DNA from: Lingula anatina
Taxonomy: Eukaryota; Animalia; Brachiopoda
Reading direction: 5' to 3'
Length of the DNA stretch: 64,000 bases
NCBI GenBank assembly: GCA_051362555.1
Contig: CM120643.1
Location: forward strand, 19,906,848 to 19,970,847
The notes under the pieces are model-generated. The model made no database searches and was not told the origin of the DNA. It was given only the letters and a program-made list of their open reading frames with translations. Positions 26,484 to 57,329 of the stretch are shown here, one piece after another (position 1 is the first letter of the stretch; each line of letters begins with the position of its first letter). The position numbers and the translations under genes are program-made.

Positions 26484-27462
26484 CTATGGAAAAGCCACAC
26501 CATATAAGTCATGGCCAGGCTCATTGAAACATTTGTAAGAGCAAAGCAAAGTCCTCACTGGAATTCTGCCACTTAGGGTCTTCACCATACCAATCTCCTA
26601 TAATTAATCAAAAATACATTTTTAAGTCCAAATCCTAAATCATTTTTTTTTTCAATTCATAAAATGTTATGTTTACGAGTTTGTTTATGACATTATTTTC
26701 AAATAATAAACATGTGCCTAACATACAATTACAGGTTTTAGTATTTGTTTCTTCTGTTCTTCTGAGACAGAATAATAAACATCAATCAAAAGTATTGGAA
26801 TTCTATTCTGACTGGTTTTACAGTTTGCCAGAACAATGCACAATATCTGAATTCTTTTTTTTTTTTCTTTAAAGTGTATAATTAATCCAGGCCCAGCTTA
26901 GCAATGGGTGAAAAATGAGCTCATCATCATTCTACATCAAGTCTAAGTTGGCATGTAGTATGAATATCTTCTAATTAGATACCAACCTTGCTGTCCACAA
27001 ACTTGACACATTCCAGCCATGTGTTGAGGAAAGCATTGCCACATACTCCACACTTGCTGGACTGGGAAAGCATCTCCTTCAGCTCTGGATAGTGCTCTAT
27101 AGACTTCCTGGTATAAGACCACCTGTCCTTTAACTCATGCATTACTTGCCTGGCACACATTTCCTGAAATAATCCAACAATACATTGGTATATATATCAT
27201 CATGCTCATACATATATATGATAATACTGTATCTTGTTGTCATCATTTATTTATTTATTCATCTATTCATTTATTTACTTTAGTTATTTATAAATTAAAT
27301 TGTCTTATATTTATTTGTTTATTTTTGCACACATGCCAAGGCATGCACACTAAGCAAATACATCCACATGCACACACCAGACACTACAATCGAGCACAGC
27401 ACAAACATGCACATACACACACACGCACGCATGCATACACACCCACATTCACACCTATGCAT

Positions 27463-27504
<42 letters not shown>

Positions 27505-29613
27505 AACACACATATGTCACCTTAAGTGTAAGTACTTCTTCCTCCTGCACAGAATGGACAGGTAGGTTTTGGAGCAGAGGGTTTGCTTCACAGTACAACT
27601 CTCTCAGGGGAAGCTTGGCCAACTCTGTCGGAAATATCCTGAGTTCATTTGCCGCAACATCTAGAGTACTCAACTTGAAACATTTCCCCAAACTCTGAAA
27701 CAGTAATAAAATAGTTAAGATGAAGTGTTATCTTTCTTTAAAATACTTTTTTCCACAATTTTTGGTAACATATCAATTATTATTATTGTTTGAATTTTAT
27801 GAGCAATTACCCACCTCTGGTAGTTCTCTCAGTCTGTTCTTTTGTAGGTGTAATTTCTCTAGGTTGATCAAGTATCCAAATTCTAATGGCAGACTAGTCA
27901 GCCTGTTATTGGCCAAATGCAACTCTTTTAGTTTGGTCAGGGCACATATTTCAAATGGAAGCTCCTCAAGCAAGTTGTTGTCTAGGCTTAAATTCTGCAA
28001 ACTGGTTAGCCTGAAATGAAACAGACATGTCAGTAAAATCGTTCTCCACAGTTCTTGGTAATTAAAAAGATCTTACATTTTGGTAGAAGAGGCATATATA
28101 AGAGTTTAAATGTCTAAAAAACTAAACTGTGTTGTTTTGGTTAATGGTTTTTGTAGAATAAAACTCCAAATCATTGAAAAATCACATGCCTAAAGATGAG
28201 GCAATTTATTTTTTCAAAGTTTAAACCAACTAAAATATTTACTACTTTTTGTTAAAATCTGTTGGAAAAAAACGTACCTACAAATTTCAGTGGGCAAAAA
28301 TGTTAATTGATTGCTGTTTAGATTTAACAACACCAACTGTCTAAGATTGCCTGAAATCATAAAAACAAAAGGATTAATATGCAGCTTTATGAAATTCATT
28401 CAAATTCTTAACAATTTCAAACATAGCTACTTGACTTTTTTTCTTTTCATATTACTATATTAAGCCAAAATTAATTGACATGGCATTCAAACAGGTAACA
28501 CTGTAATTCATGGATTTTTGTGCAAACAGAAAAACCAAAGAACAAAGAAATCCAGAATGTTTGAAGAAATGGAAAATGTTCAAAATCAGAAAACCCCAAG
28601 AATGATTCCCATTATGTTTCTCACTGAATTTTTTTAAAATGCTAAAAACTCGTACTCACTTATTACTACTGGTGACAGCTCTTTTATCCTGTTGTTAAAT
28701 GCATGCAGGACAGTCAGGTTGATTAGATGCTGAAGAGCCTGAGGTAAACTGTCCAGTTCATTATTGCCAATATTTAATATTTCAAGCTGAAACAAAACAG
28801 AGAACATGTAACTATCACAAAAATAAAAATAACTGATAGTTTTAATTGATTAAAATGTTGGCAAGGTTAAAGCTGCTGTCACAATGAAGAAGGCAACACA
28901 GCATCTAGAAAAGTGACAATTGGGCCTTTTGTTAAATATCACAAATTAAACAAAAAATAGATGCCTACTGAAGAAAACAGAAAGACTGACATTAAGTCTG
29001 GCTTTGTCTTAGCACAGGAGGAAAGATTCACCTTGAACCGTGTACTCACGGCAGCATATATATACATGTATTTAAAAAGTGTATATACAGCAGTTGAGCC
29101 AAGGTGGAGTGAAGGTCCAGGTTGGTTAGATTTTCGTGGTGTTTTTAAAAATTTCCTGAGTATAAGGCCTTAATAACCATTGGCTGTTGGAGTTAAGTGG
29201 GGAAAAAAGATCTTGACTTGAGACTTGAACCGATACCAAGAAGTGTTTAGAGTTACCTGAATCCCTTTAAGGCCTTATTTTGCCACTTACCGCAATAAGG
29301 CGTCACAGACATCACATTTAGACCTTTACTAAAACCTGAAGAGTAAACTGAAGTCTCAAGGCTTCTTAAAAGAAGGATAAAGCAGAATCCAGTAAAGCTT
29401 TGAATGCTGGTTGATAGAAGCACATTCATTACTTACTTGCACTAAACTACCAAACTCCTTTGGAAGATCTTTCAGTTTGTTGTTTTTCAATTGCACCTGA
29501 AGTACAGTACATAGTTTTCCAATAATTTTTGGAACTTTGTCGAGCTTTTTGTTGCTTAAATTAAGTAGTTTTGGCTCGCCTTTTAAAGCTCGTAAGAGCA
29601 GCGTGTCCGCCAT
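26484..29613 (-). CDS. LRRC69: Leucine-rich repeat-containing protein 69-like, 7 exons, ~345 aa
   Basis: Exons (-): 29437-29613, 28660-28786, 28278-28350, 27815-28010, 27521-27694, 26987-27163, 26484-26597. Total 1038 nt, in frame. Tandem LxxLxLxxNxLxxLP repeats are followed by a Cys-containing C-terminus (CGVCGNAFLNTWLECVKF...LLCSYKCF) typical of the LRRC69/LRRC58 group; the N-terminus and C-tail fit LRRC69 better. Confidence 0.85.
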
Positions 29614-30129
29614 GTTTTGGTTGCTACTGTTTACTGCGGAGCTGTATAATTACGTTATAGTTTCGAATTTTTTCATCATTACAGTTAGTTGTCTTTACAA
29701 GCCATGTGTGACCATCATACGAAAAATTATGACTTTTTTGTAATAATTGTTTTCAAATTTTAGTTATTATTCAAAATACTCATGTTTATGGAATTGTAAG
29801 CATTCAAAACTGCATACCTAATGCACGCTATATTTTAATGGCTGCCCCCACTCAGAATCGCATTCGAAACGTTTACAGGTAAATAAATCCCGACTGAAGT
29901 TGTGATCATTGGAAGTGCTTGTATTTTTGGTATTTTATGAACCCGTGGAGTATCTCTGCATTTTCTATAGATAAACATAATGACATAATTTAATCCAAGT
30001 ACGCCTCGGTTGTAACTTCGTTGTTTTGACCGAATCTGAACGACAAACTTCTCACAGTTAAGAAGGTAAAATTGCCATTTTTGTGTCTGGCATTATTCGT
30101 TTTCATTCTTGATAAAAAAATAATTCAAA
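29614..30129. promoter_or_regulatory. Bidirectional promoter between LRRC69 (-) and DHX38 (+)
   Basis: The divergent ATGs are 516 bp apart and CpG content is locally higher than in the introns. YY1-like GCCATTTT/GCCATGTT motifs lie near 30074 and at the LRRC69 start. Confidence 0.6.
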
Positions 30130-48062
<17,933 letters not shown>

Positions 48063-48624
48063 GGTTGTGGACCAGCACCTTGGGGTGGATTTAGATATCT
48101 TCAAAGTCATCACCAAATGAAATGTTTTTAAATGAGGGTGGAGTAGAATGGAACAATAAAGTCACTGTGATGGAAGGATTTAGTCAGAAGTTTTTTTTTT
48201 TTTTAATCAAAATGACTAGGAATTCTGCTCGTGTTGTGTAAAACAGGTGGTTTGAGTTCTGAGGTGAACCTTTGGAAAAAAAAGCCTTTCTGCCTCCTGT
48301 TTGATACAGAATCCTATTAGACAGTTAAAAAAAGAAGACATAGTCAGACAAGTGATTTAGAAGTCCTGTGCAGTAAAAAGAACTTGGTTTGATACTCAAG
48401 GCTACTTCAAGTTGTTTGCAGGCAGTGTATATCTTTACACTTAAAATAGAAAAACTTAAGATAAAACAGACTGATTGGACATGATGAATATGCACTTGAT
48501 TAATGTATATATGTACATATAATGAGTTGAATGTTCTTCTCAAGAGCATGTGTTTTACCATGCTCATTACATTGTTTGCTGGTATTGTAGATGCCCAAAA
48601 GGGACTCTTTGTTGCTGTAAAATG

Positions 48625-48758
48625 CAGGGATGAGATTTTTCTGACTGTCAGCAGATTTTTTTACATTTTGGGAGTTAAAAATATCATTGGCCCAGGCGGA
48701 CCCCTTGACCTCATGCCAAATTTTCCAACTTTTTCACTAAATGGCAGTCTCATCACTG
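48625..48758. mobile_element. CAGGGATGAGA-ended MITE in the DHX38 3' region (inverted copy at 58475-58597)
   Basis: TIRs CAGGGATGAGA...TCTCATCACTG. The interior aligns in reverse with 58475-58597, and both give similar spurious ORF text (KNI.GPG.P.D..P.FPTFSLNGSLI). Confidence 0.7.
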
Positions 48759-50430
48759 ATAATATTCATTTCTGATTTAAAGACTAGATTAAATGCAACT
48801 GGGAAGATAACTTGTACAAATTGAAATTTTGATCATATTATTTTGTATTTGCATTAAATATAAATGATGAATCTTCATTTGCATGGGGTTTTCATTTTAA
48901 TTTATACGGCCGTATACAGACAAAGGACATCAAATTTTTTACTGAATAAATGTATCAGTTAAATAAAAGCATGAAGTATAATTTATTCTTTGTAAAACGA
49001 AGCATGAATGTTAATTAAAATTGGACCATGGAAGTGATACATGGCACCGCTCTCCCTGGTCAATGTGCTGTATCAATTATAATTACATATCAAAAATTTT
49101 ACAGCTATTCGAACGAACGGAGAAACATCTAAACATCCTGAATCTGCCCCACGTTTTGTCTCCCAAATATATTAGAATAACAACTTTTATTTATTCATTA
49201 TTTTGGCTGTTTATTTCTAAAACTGTTCTGTAACTTATCGTGTACACGGCCCAAAATGATACTTGAGGCAAAAGATTTGGGCATTTGGGAGTGAAATATT
49301 AAATGATACCGCATGTCTACCGTGACGTCATCAGTACACAATCTCCCAGAGACGCTCTGTACGGCGTATTGCAGAATTGGACACATTATGATGCTGATCG
49401 TTTCGTTAATACTAAGTAATTAATGATTACTTAAACTGATTTCCTGTATTTTTTGTGCAACGTGTTGTATATTTTCTTCGTGATTTTCGAGCAATTAGTT
49501 TATGCAATTAACGGTTACTAAAAGTTATTTAATGAAACGACGCGCCGAACATTTTCTTTCAGAATTTTCAAAACAAAGTGCGTGTGTCATTATGACTTTA
49601 TCAACCCGTAATCCTCTTATCGAGATGGAGGCTTATTGTGCCTTTTCATACTAACTACACCGAAGCCTCGGCTCGGAAAGTAGGTGACCTCTTCATTATT
49701 ATGTAGATCAGGTGAGCGTTTTGGTGAAAGGTGCTCAGATAGGACCAAGGTCAGTAAAAGATGGAGAAGAAGGATGTCCCATGCCATATTACCGCCACTA
49801 CCACATGTAGGCCGAAAAGATGACAATGAAACTGGTTTCAGTATCTCGTAAGTTCCGTACAGATGATAGAAAATGTGTTGTAGCATTTCTTAGTTTTGCA
49901 TTGACGATGTTTTCCCGAAATATGGTGCACTCTGGGCATAATGTCCAATGGGACATTTAACTGACGTGAAGGATACTTCTCTTAGCTTTCCCTCAGTGCC
50001 TTTTGGGCGCCCTTTTGTTTCTGATAACATTAGCTTTCCATGAAGGTTGAATATATATATTTGTATAATTTTAAGGTTTAATTGCAATTTGTTAATTATA
50101 AGGCAACGGATGACACAAATTGCTGTAATGAACATACAATGCTTTATCAGATCTTTAGACATTGTTTCATGGATGTATATGTATTCCTTTAATTCCAGTG
50201 ACTCTAAGTAGCGTTTACGAAGATACCAGAAGCGTCCTATTCAGGGACACGTTTCGTGTTCGACGTATACAACCCCACACCCATGCCAAGTTTGCCTCCC
50301 ATGCCGACGTTTGTCTGCTCGTTAATTTGCAGGGATGACGTTTAGTACGGAATGTTATGGTCGTTTTTGGTTAAAGCATTCTGCTCCAAAACGTTTATCA
50401 AATTGAAAGTGTTAGTCGAATGAAATGAGC

Positions 50431-51107
50431 TTTTTATATACGGACACTTTAAGTGTCTGTATATATTCTGATATGTCTGTCTGTCCGTGTCGTCGCCGTC
50501 GCTGTCCGACACATGACGTTTGCCCCATAACTGCCAAACTGTATTTTTGTTTTACATTAAATTTACTGGGTGGCTTTGTTTGGCAAAGAAGCAGGTTGCT
50601 TTCGAAAATCGGCATGGTACGTTCACATTTATGGTAATTATTCTGTTTTTTTGCACAATTTTGGTGACGTTTGCCCCATAACTTCCAAATCATATTTTTA
50701 TTTTACTTTTATTTTACTGACTGGCCTTGTTTGACAAAGAAGCAGGTTGCTTTCGAAAATCGGCATGATTGGATTACGTTTACGGTAATTATTCTGTTGT
50801 TTGTTTGTTTGCTTGTTTGTTTGTTTATTTGTTAGTTTGTTTGTTTGAATATTTCATTTTCTCACACATTAGCATTTTCAGTGGCTTTAATAGCCCATGA
50901 AACTGAATTACTTGCTAGTTTTTTTATATTCATGTTACTTGTTGTACATAATGTTAGAGGATAAGAGTAATTATATAATAGTGCATCAAAATTGGCCAAA
51001 CTTATTTGAGGCACTCTTTTCTGCGTCGGAATGTCTGAACATTTGCCAGTTTTGCTGCCTTGTTTCCTGTATTGTGTCTGTATATTTGTCAGCTTTGCTG
51101 TCTAGTT
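50431..51107 (+). mobile_element. HINE-like element, second subfamily (151-bp internal unit)
   Basis: TTTTT, then hairpin TATATACGGACACTT/AAGTGTCTGTATATA and a (GTCT)/(GTCGCC) microsatellite. TGACGTTTGCCCCATAACT occurs at 50514 and 50665. Two tandem 3' termini at 51032-51064 and 51075-51107. Confidence 0.75.
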
Positions 51108-53616
51108 TTATTTATGAAACTTCTCGTAGAAATATAATCCATACTTAAGTATACACAGAAATTAAATCCATACTAAGTGTATGCCCTGCATTATGCTGGT
51201 TTGCTTCTTTTGGTAATTGTATGTTACTATGTCGTTGTACCGTGCTCTATCTGATCATCGTGTTACGACGGCAATTTATGTATACTTTTGGGCCGGGGTT
51301 GAAATCCGTCCCTTTTCCAACCTGAAACGTTATATTTGAAGTTCTCATTTAACAGATGTAATGTCTGTATAAAAATAAAAGAGTGATTGTTTTAAAATTA
51401 TCATATGTTAATTTCCAAGAAGATAAATGTTTTCTATTTGTCACTGAAAATACGTGTGGACAAATCTGCACCTTGACACCTCACTGTGAACTTGATATTG
51501 AAATCTGGGAAGGAAAGACATTTCAAACCCATTACCTAAAATGCATATAGGAAACTTTTAATAACATTTATCGTGTGTTCAGTCGAAAAAAGGAAGAGAT
51601 GAAAATCTACAAAAGACACAGTTAATAAAGTGTATAAAGCCTTAAAAATCGCAACATTATGTTAACGGGCATAATGTGCCCACGTTACTGCAGAATTGTC
51701 CACATGTACTATAACGATCTTTTAACAATTATGAATATGGAACTGTGTCTGTGAATAAACTTCCTCTTGTTCTCGGTGTTTTCAGTGCTGGGCGGGGATC
51801 AAATATCTGTTTTCTAAAACAAAGTTAAACCATGGGGTTGCCGTAAAGATTGCCATCTGAAATAAAAAAATAATGAAAGTTAATGAAATATTGCAGTAGT
51901 AGACTGGAGATCTTTGTTGCTTATATGATAAGAAACTTGTTCCTATAGTTGGCTGCAAATAATGTCCAGGATTGTGATTTTTTATATGCCGTTTAAGACT
52001 TGTACTACAACACAGAAGTGTCGAAAAAATGGGAAATGGACTTCACTTAGATTTCGTTTGTTCATGAAAATGTTTCTGTAGGACTGATATTAATCATAGC
52101 CTTTTGCATTCCAAATTTTCAAAATCACTTGAGCTGTCGCAGAGCCCAATTTTCGGGAGGTAATGGGTATTATAAAAAGATTCAATGAATTTTTAGACGG
52201 TCAACTTTTGTCAATTTTGCTCAAAAAGATGGTGAACAATTAATGATTCTTAAGCAAAATCTATAGATTTTTTAAATTTACATTATAGGATTTATTATTT
52301 TATCTGTTACACTAAAATACATTCGAACAGTTTTTTCAGTTATTTAAGGATTTTACGGAATTATCATCTAAAAATGTTATTTTGTTCCTCTTAACGCTAA
52401 TATCGATATTCTACCAAAGTGTATGTAAACCATAATACTTCGTTTGGTTTGAATTTTCAAAGTGAAAAAAAAAATGCCTAATATGTGCGGAGGAGCGCTC
52501 TAAATAAAGTTGTTCTGCATTCTTATACAATTAAAATTTTTCGGGAGTAAGGGGTGATTCAGAAAGACGGGCTTGGTTAGATATCAGTCCTGCATGTTAT
52601 GTTATTTTGTCATCACCGAACACCGAGAACCAGAGTTAATTTTAAGTGGATGTGAAAAGTCACTACAAGTACATTGACTTTTGCGTAACCTTTTTCAGTT
52701 TTGTTTGTATATTATTCTGAATTTGGCTTAGATTTGGATAATCTTGTAAACCGCCCATGTCTTTATGTCGCTCTTGATTCAAATGCTTTGCAAGAGTTAA
52801 TTTTCGTCCACAGTTACACCATGTATTATATTTATTTTCGAATTTAGTGTAAAGAATTAAAAAAAAAGAAAAAAACATCGATTGGCAAAACAACCGGGAA
52901 TCTTACCAACATGAAAAAAATTTGGCTACTGTTCGATTTGGTGTGCAAATATCAACAAGACGACACAGGACAAGGTGTGCTTACATGCGTGTGTGCGTTA
53001 GTGCACGAATGACAAAGAAGATTATTTGCATTTTTAAAATTGTTACAACCTTTGAATTTGATTTGATGGAATTCGATAAAAACAAGGTACTAATGTTCGA
53101 TAAAAACAAGGTACTAATGTCAACTTCGATAAAAAGTTGCCAATTTGTTTTTAAAAAAAACATTTTGTTTATTATCAGTTTTTGCCAAAGTCTCTCAAAT
53201 GTTATGATCTTGAACTTATTTTTTCATAAATCAATGGATTCCGGCTTTTACTAATAATGTTAAAAATGCATAAAATCTTTGACTTCGTTTTATTTACAAA
53301 TATATATATTATCTCTTTTTGTTTGTCAACAAATTGACAAACAAAATAAAATAAGCAGAAAATGTTATTTCATTATATTTGTAAAAAATTTAATACTTAA
53401 AATGATTCATTTTGACAATAATAAATGTACAAATCTTGCAAAAGTGGTGTCTTTTTCCCCAGCTCACCTCGATCCCTTCATCTCTTGCGTACTATTCTCC
53501 CGTCTTACCTACTGAGCCACTGGCTCGACATACTTCTTTTACATCGTAGGACCCCCTTGTCGCAATTTAAATCGCTCATTTGGAATTTTTTTGCAAAAGG
53601 CAATTTGTTGGGACCT

Positions 53617-53690
53617 AGAAGCGCCAGGTTTCGAACCCAAGTCTTGCTGGGTCCGAGTCACGCGTGCTATCCACTCCTCCAAGTGTTCCC
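53617..53690 (-). other. tRNA-derived (pseudo-tRNA/SINE-head-like) sequence; second degenerate unit at 53461-53527 (-)
   Basis: Minus strand reads TGGAGGAGTGGATAG (A box-like) ... GGGTTCGAAACC (B box) at tRNA spacing. The anticodon arm does not pair properly, so it is not a functional tRNA. Confidence 0.4.
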
Positions 53691-56392
53691 ACCCACCCAC
53701 CCACCCACCCCCGGTAGACTTTTCTTTTATAGTAACTAAAGGGAATTTTGAAAAGGACTTCTAGAAGAGAATTTAATATGTTCCAAGTACTCTAATCTAA
53801 CCCCCACCATTAGAGTTCCACCGAGCTATTGAAAACGATAAGTCATTTTGCATATAATTGTAAAGTATTTTATCCCGAGAAAAATAAATTGCTACATATT
53901 TTCAAACATACACTTGTTAAAAAATATGTTTTAATAACAATAAGTTTTGAATATTCAAAAATGTAAAACAAAAATATTGATATTTGCAAGACTCGTTCAA
54001 GTTACATTTGATAAATAAACTATCTAATGAACTACTTGGCTAATGTTTGATCTCTGATAAAAATGACAATAAGATTTTTCAATTTCATTTTTAACAAAAA
54101 CAACGGCAGCTTAAGTTGCTGTCTCACCCCACACCACCGCAGGAAAAAATCGAAAGAAACTCACTCTGATATGATAAATGATCATTTTAAGAGTCGCAAA
54201 AAATACTCCAAATTGTTAAGAATTTCAAAATTTGACATCCTTTCAAAATACTATGTATCTGCCATTGTTTTTGTTTGGGGTGCTGTGAAATTTTGGGTGC
54301 ATAAGGTGCTGTGAATTTTTCAGAATATGGCTTTTCCACATTTAATACGACATAAAACCCAGACAGTTATTGCTGGGAAAGAAAAAACGTTCACTATGTT
54401 TTGCAAAAAACTGTCACAAGCCGTTTGTGAAATGAATTTCAACATTTAACAACAACCGATACGTTCAAATACACTACAAGAGATACACTACAATGAGAAA
54501 TCTGACAAAAAATCCCCTAGAGACAATAATTATTGAACAAAAACATTTTAGCAATTATAACATGTGTAATTATCAAACCTGGGCAAAATGGAGGGGCAAA
54601 TCATTTATAACAAAATATTTATAACATCTTGCATTTATATTTTAAAGTCCAAAGATGTGTAACAAACGGTTCGCAACTTTCTGAACATAAATAATGTGCT
54701 CATGCGAGATCATAAATATATTTTCTGTATCTGCTGCTCGATATACTGAAGATGGTGCCGAGATATAATTTTTAAAAGCAGCAGTTTTGAAAATGGGAAA
54801 ATTTGAATCAGATGACTGTTCCGTTCATCTTTATGCAAAAGTGAGATCTGTTCAGCAAATTTACGCCACAAATGCAAGCCATAATTAACAAATAATTACA
54901 AAAATATATATCACATACTACTCACCTTAACTTTTGAAAAACATAATATTAAGATTACAATCCACCTAAGCAAATTTACATAAATAACAAAAATCGTTAA
55001 ATATGTCCATGTTCTTTTTATGCAGTTTAACAAGTAGACTTGGATTAGCAAAATCAGTTTGCAACTTCAAGCAATTTTTGTAAATTGAGTCTTAAATGTG
55101 TGAACTTTATATTCTCCATTACTTAAACAAAATGATCGACCATGGTCTGTAAAAATGACACTTTTCACTCAACAAGACAGCAATTTTTCAAGCTTCAAAA
55201 GATTATATAGATATGAGTTTTAAGTAACTATATTTTAAGTCACCCTAGCTATGGAGATAAAGACTTGTGAATTTCACACGTGGCGATAGAATTATAAGAA
55301 ATTTGGAACCCCACACGGGGTTTACAGATCGTAGTTTTCGGGTTTTTGGATAAAGTAAACCTAAAATGAAAATTGCAGAAATTTCCTTTTTATTTATTTA
55401 TTTATTTATTAAAGGTCTAACATTACATGCCTTTTAGAAATTAATTCCAGGAGTTCGAAGCAATATTGTAAATGCCAAGTTCCGAGTGACGAGTGAAATG
55501 CTCGCTATTTTGAAAATAGACAGTATGCAAATCTTTTAGTCTTTTGATAGAATTTGTCAACTAAGCACTAAACAAATCTAAAAATGGACTGAACTGATTA
55601 CGTTTTATTTGTAAGATCAATAACTCAAGACTGCTTCAGTATGTTTTATTTCTATTCAAAGCATTTTAAAGGACGTAACATAAATCACCAAATGTACAAA
55701 ATTACGTGAACAGAGTTTTCAAGGTAGCTTTTTTGTCTTTTGGTGAAAAGGTCAGATTGAGCTTCATTTGCGAGTTTTCCTGGACTATAAAAGTTTTCCG
55801 TATTTTTGAGCATTATATTTGCATTGAATGAACGTCAAGTCACAACTTGCTGCCTTGCTGAAGAATACCGCAAATAGTTTTACAAACGTCGGGGAAGCAA
55901 ACTCATAATTATAGTAAAACATGTTTAAAGGCATAGGGGGCAGTTTTATTTTTTGGCGAAATAAAACCAGTTTTGTTACTATGCCTTAAAGTTTAAAGGT
56001 AAAAATCATGGTAAATTGCTTTGGACAGAGCGTTTTGATTAGACAACGTGATATTGACATTACTCATAAATGAGAAATATTAAAATTACGTTCAAATATT
56101 ACTTGCAAATTGGTGCTAGCAATTCGCCCCCTATGTCTTCAAAATGACTGCTTTCATAATCAGTCACGCGAAAAGCAGTGTAACTATTAACTAGGCCACA
56201 TACTTCAATGGATCGAAATGTTACATATCGTGGTGCAATTTGTAAAATCATGCCAAAATTAGAAAGTATATCACTAAATCTTTATCCAGTTCTGTAATTT
56301 CAATTGTGACTATTTTGCTGTACTATAATTATGACAACGTTATCAAAACCACTAAATTTCAACATCCAAAATTTGTAAAGAGCCATTTCACA

Positions 56393-56513
56393 TACCCTCT
56401 ACCAGGGCCACAGATTGATTTTTCACTAGATATTAGAGATGTCTCTGGTTAAATAGATGGTCTCTGCACTGTCATAAACGTCCACAGAATAACTGCGGCC
56501 CTGGTAGAGGGTA
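56393..56513. mobile_element. 121-bp MITE with 21-bp TIRs and 9-bp TSD (Mutator-like)
   Basis: TACCCTCTACCAGGGCCACAG ... CTGCGGCCCTGGTAGAGGGTA flanked by CATTTCACA on both sides. Confidence 0.85.
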
Positions 56514-57286
56514 CATTTCACAAAATATTCCCCATCTTGTCTATTTCGCATGTAAAACTTTACTGCCACTACTAATTCTACCGATTTAGATTAAAATTCT
56601 GTGTAGTTAACATGAGGCACAGCTGCAATTTTCACTGTCATGAGGTACGTGATGAAATAAAACACAAAATATCACGTGGGGAAAATATTAGTAAGTGGCA
56701 AAACCCAGTGTTCAACATGCAGCCGTCAAAACAATTTTTAAAATGCATCAAAGATAAGTTTTAGACAAATACCTAAAACCTTTGTCTTGAAACTTTTCGT
56801 TAAATCGGTTAAAACTGAAATATCCATATACTTAGAATCCTGACCGCCTCGCATCCACACCCTGGTCACTCAGAACGGTAGAAGAAGTGATATCTCTTCC
56901 AAGGGTTCAGGTTTCAAATGATCCACCGGGGTAGAAGGTAGGAAGAGCTAGGTGGCCGCCTTTTCTATTTATCAATTACCAGAATTTGACAGACAAAATT
57001 TGATTAACAATTTTATAAAATAGTAAGGCACAGAAAGCTTTTGTTTCCCGGATATTTAAAAAAACACTACATTAAATTAATTAAATTAAGCTTCATACCC
57101 TTACACACTCCAAAGTAAAATGGCATTATGTAGGTCACAAGCTATCCTTATATGGTTTACTGCATGCTGCAATCTGAGCAGTTTTTGCCAGGTTTGACAA
57201 ACCAAACCGTTCTATAGCGCCATCTGGAGGGGAACAGAAATTATCTTCTCTGCTGCAGTCGGTACATGTATCTTAGCGGAATGTCT

Positions 57287-57329
<43 letters not shown>

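Noticed and set aside
27202-27565. His/Thr- and Cys/Val-rich ORFs (also 43234-43503, 44887-45228, 57291-57476, 5547-5744)
   Set aside because: They are products of (CA)n, (GA)n and (TA)n microsatellites.
51900-55300. A-rich intergenic stretch as a large DNA transposon
   Set aside because: It looks repeat-derived, but no matching TIR pair, TSD or coding remnant could be established by eye.
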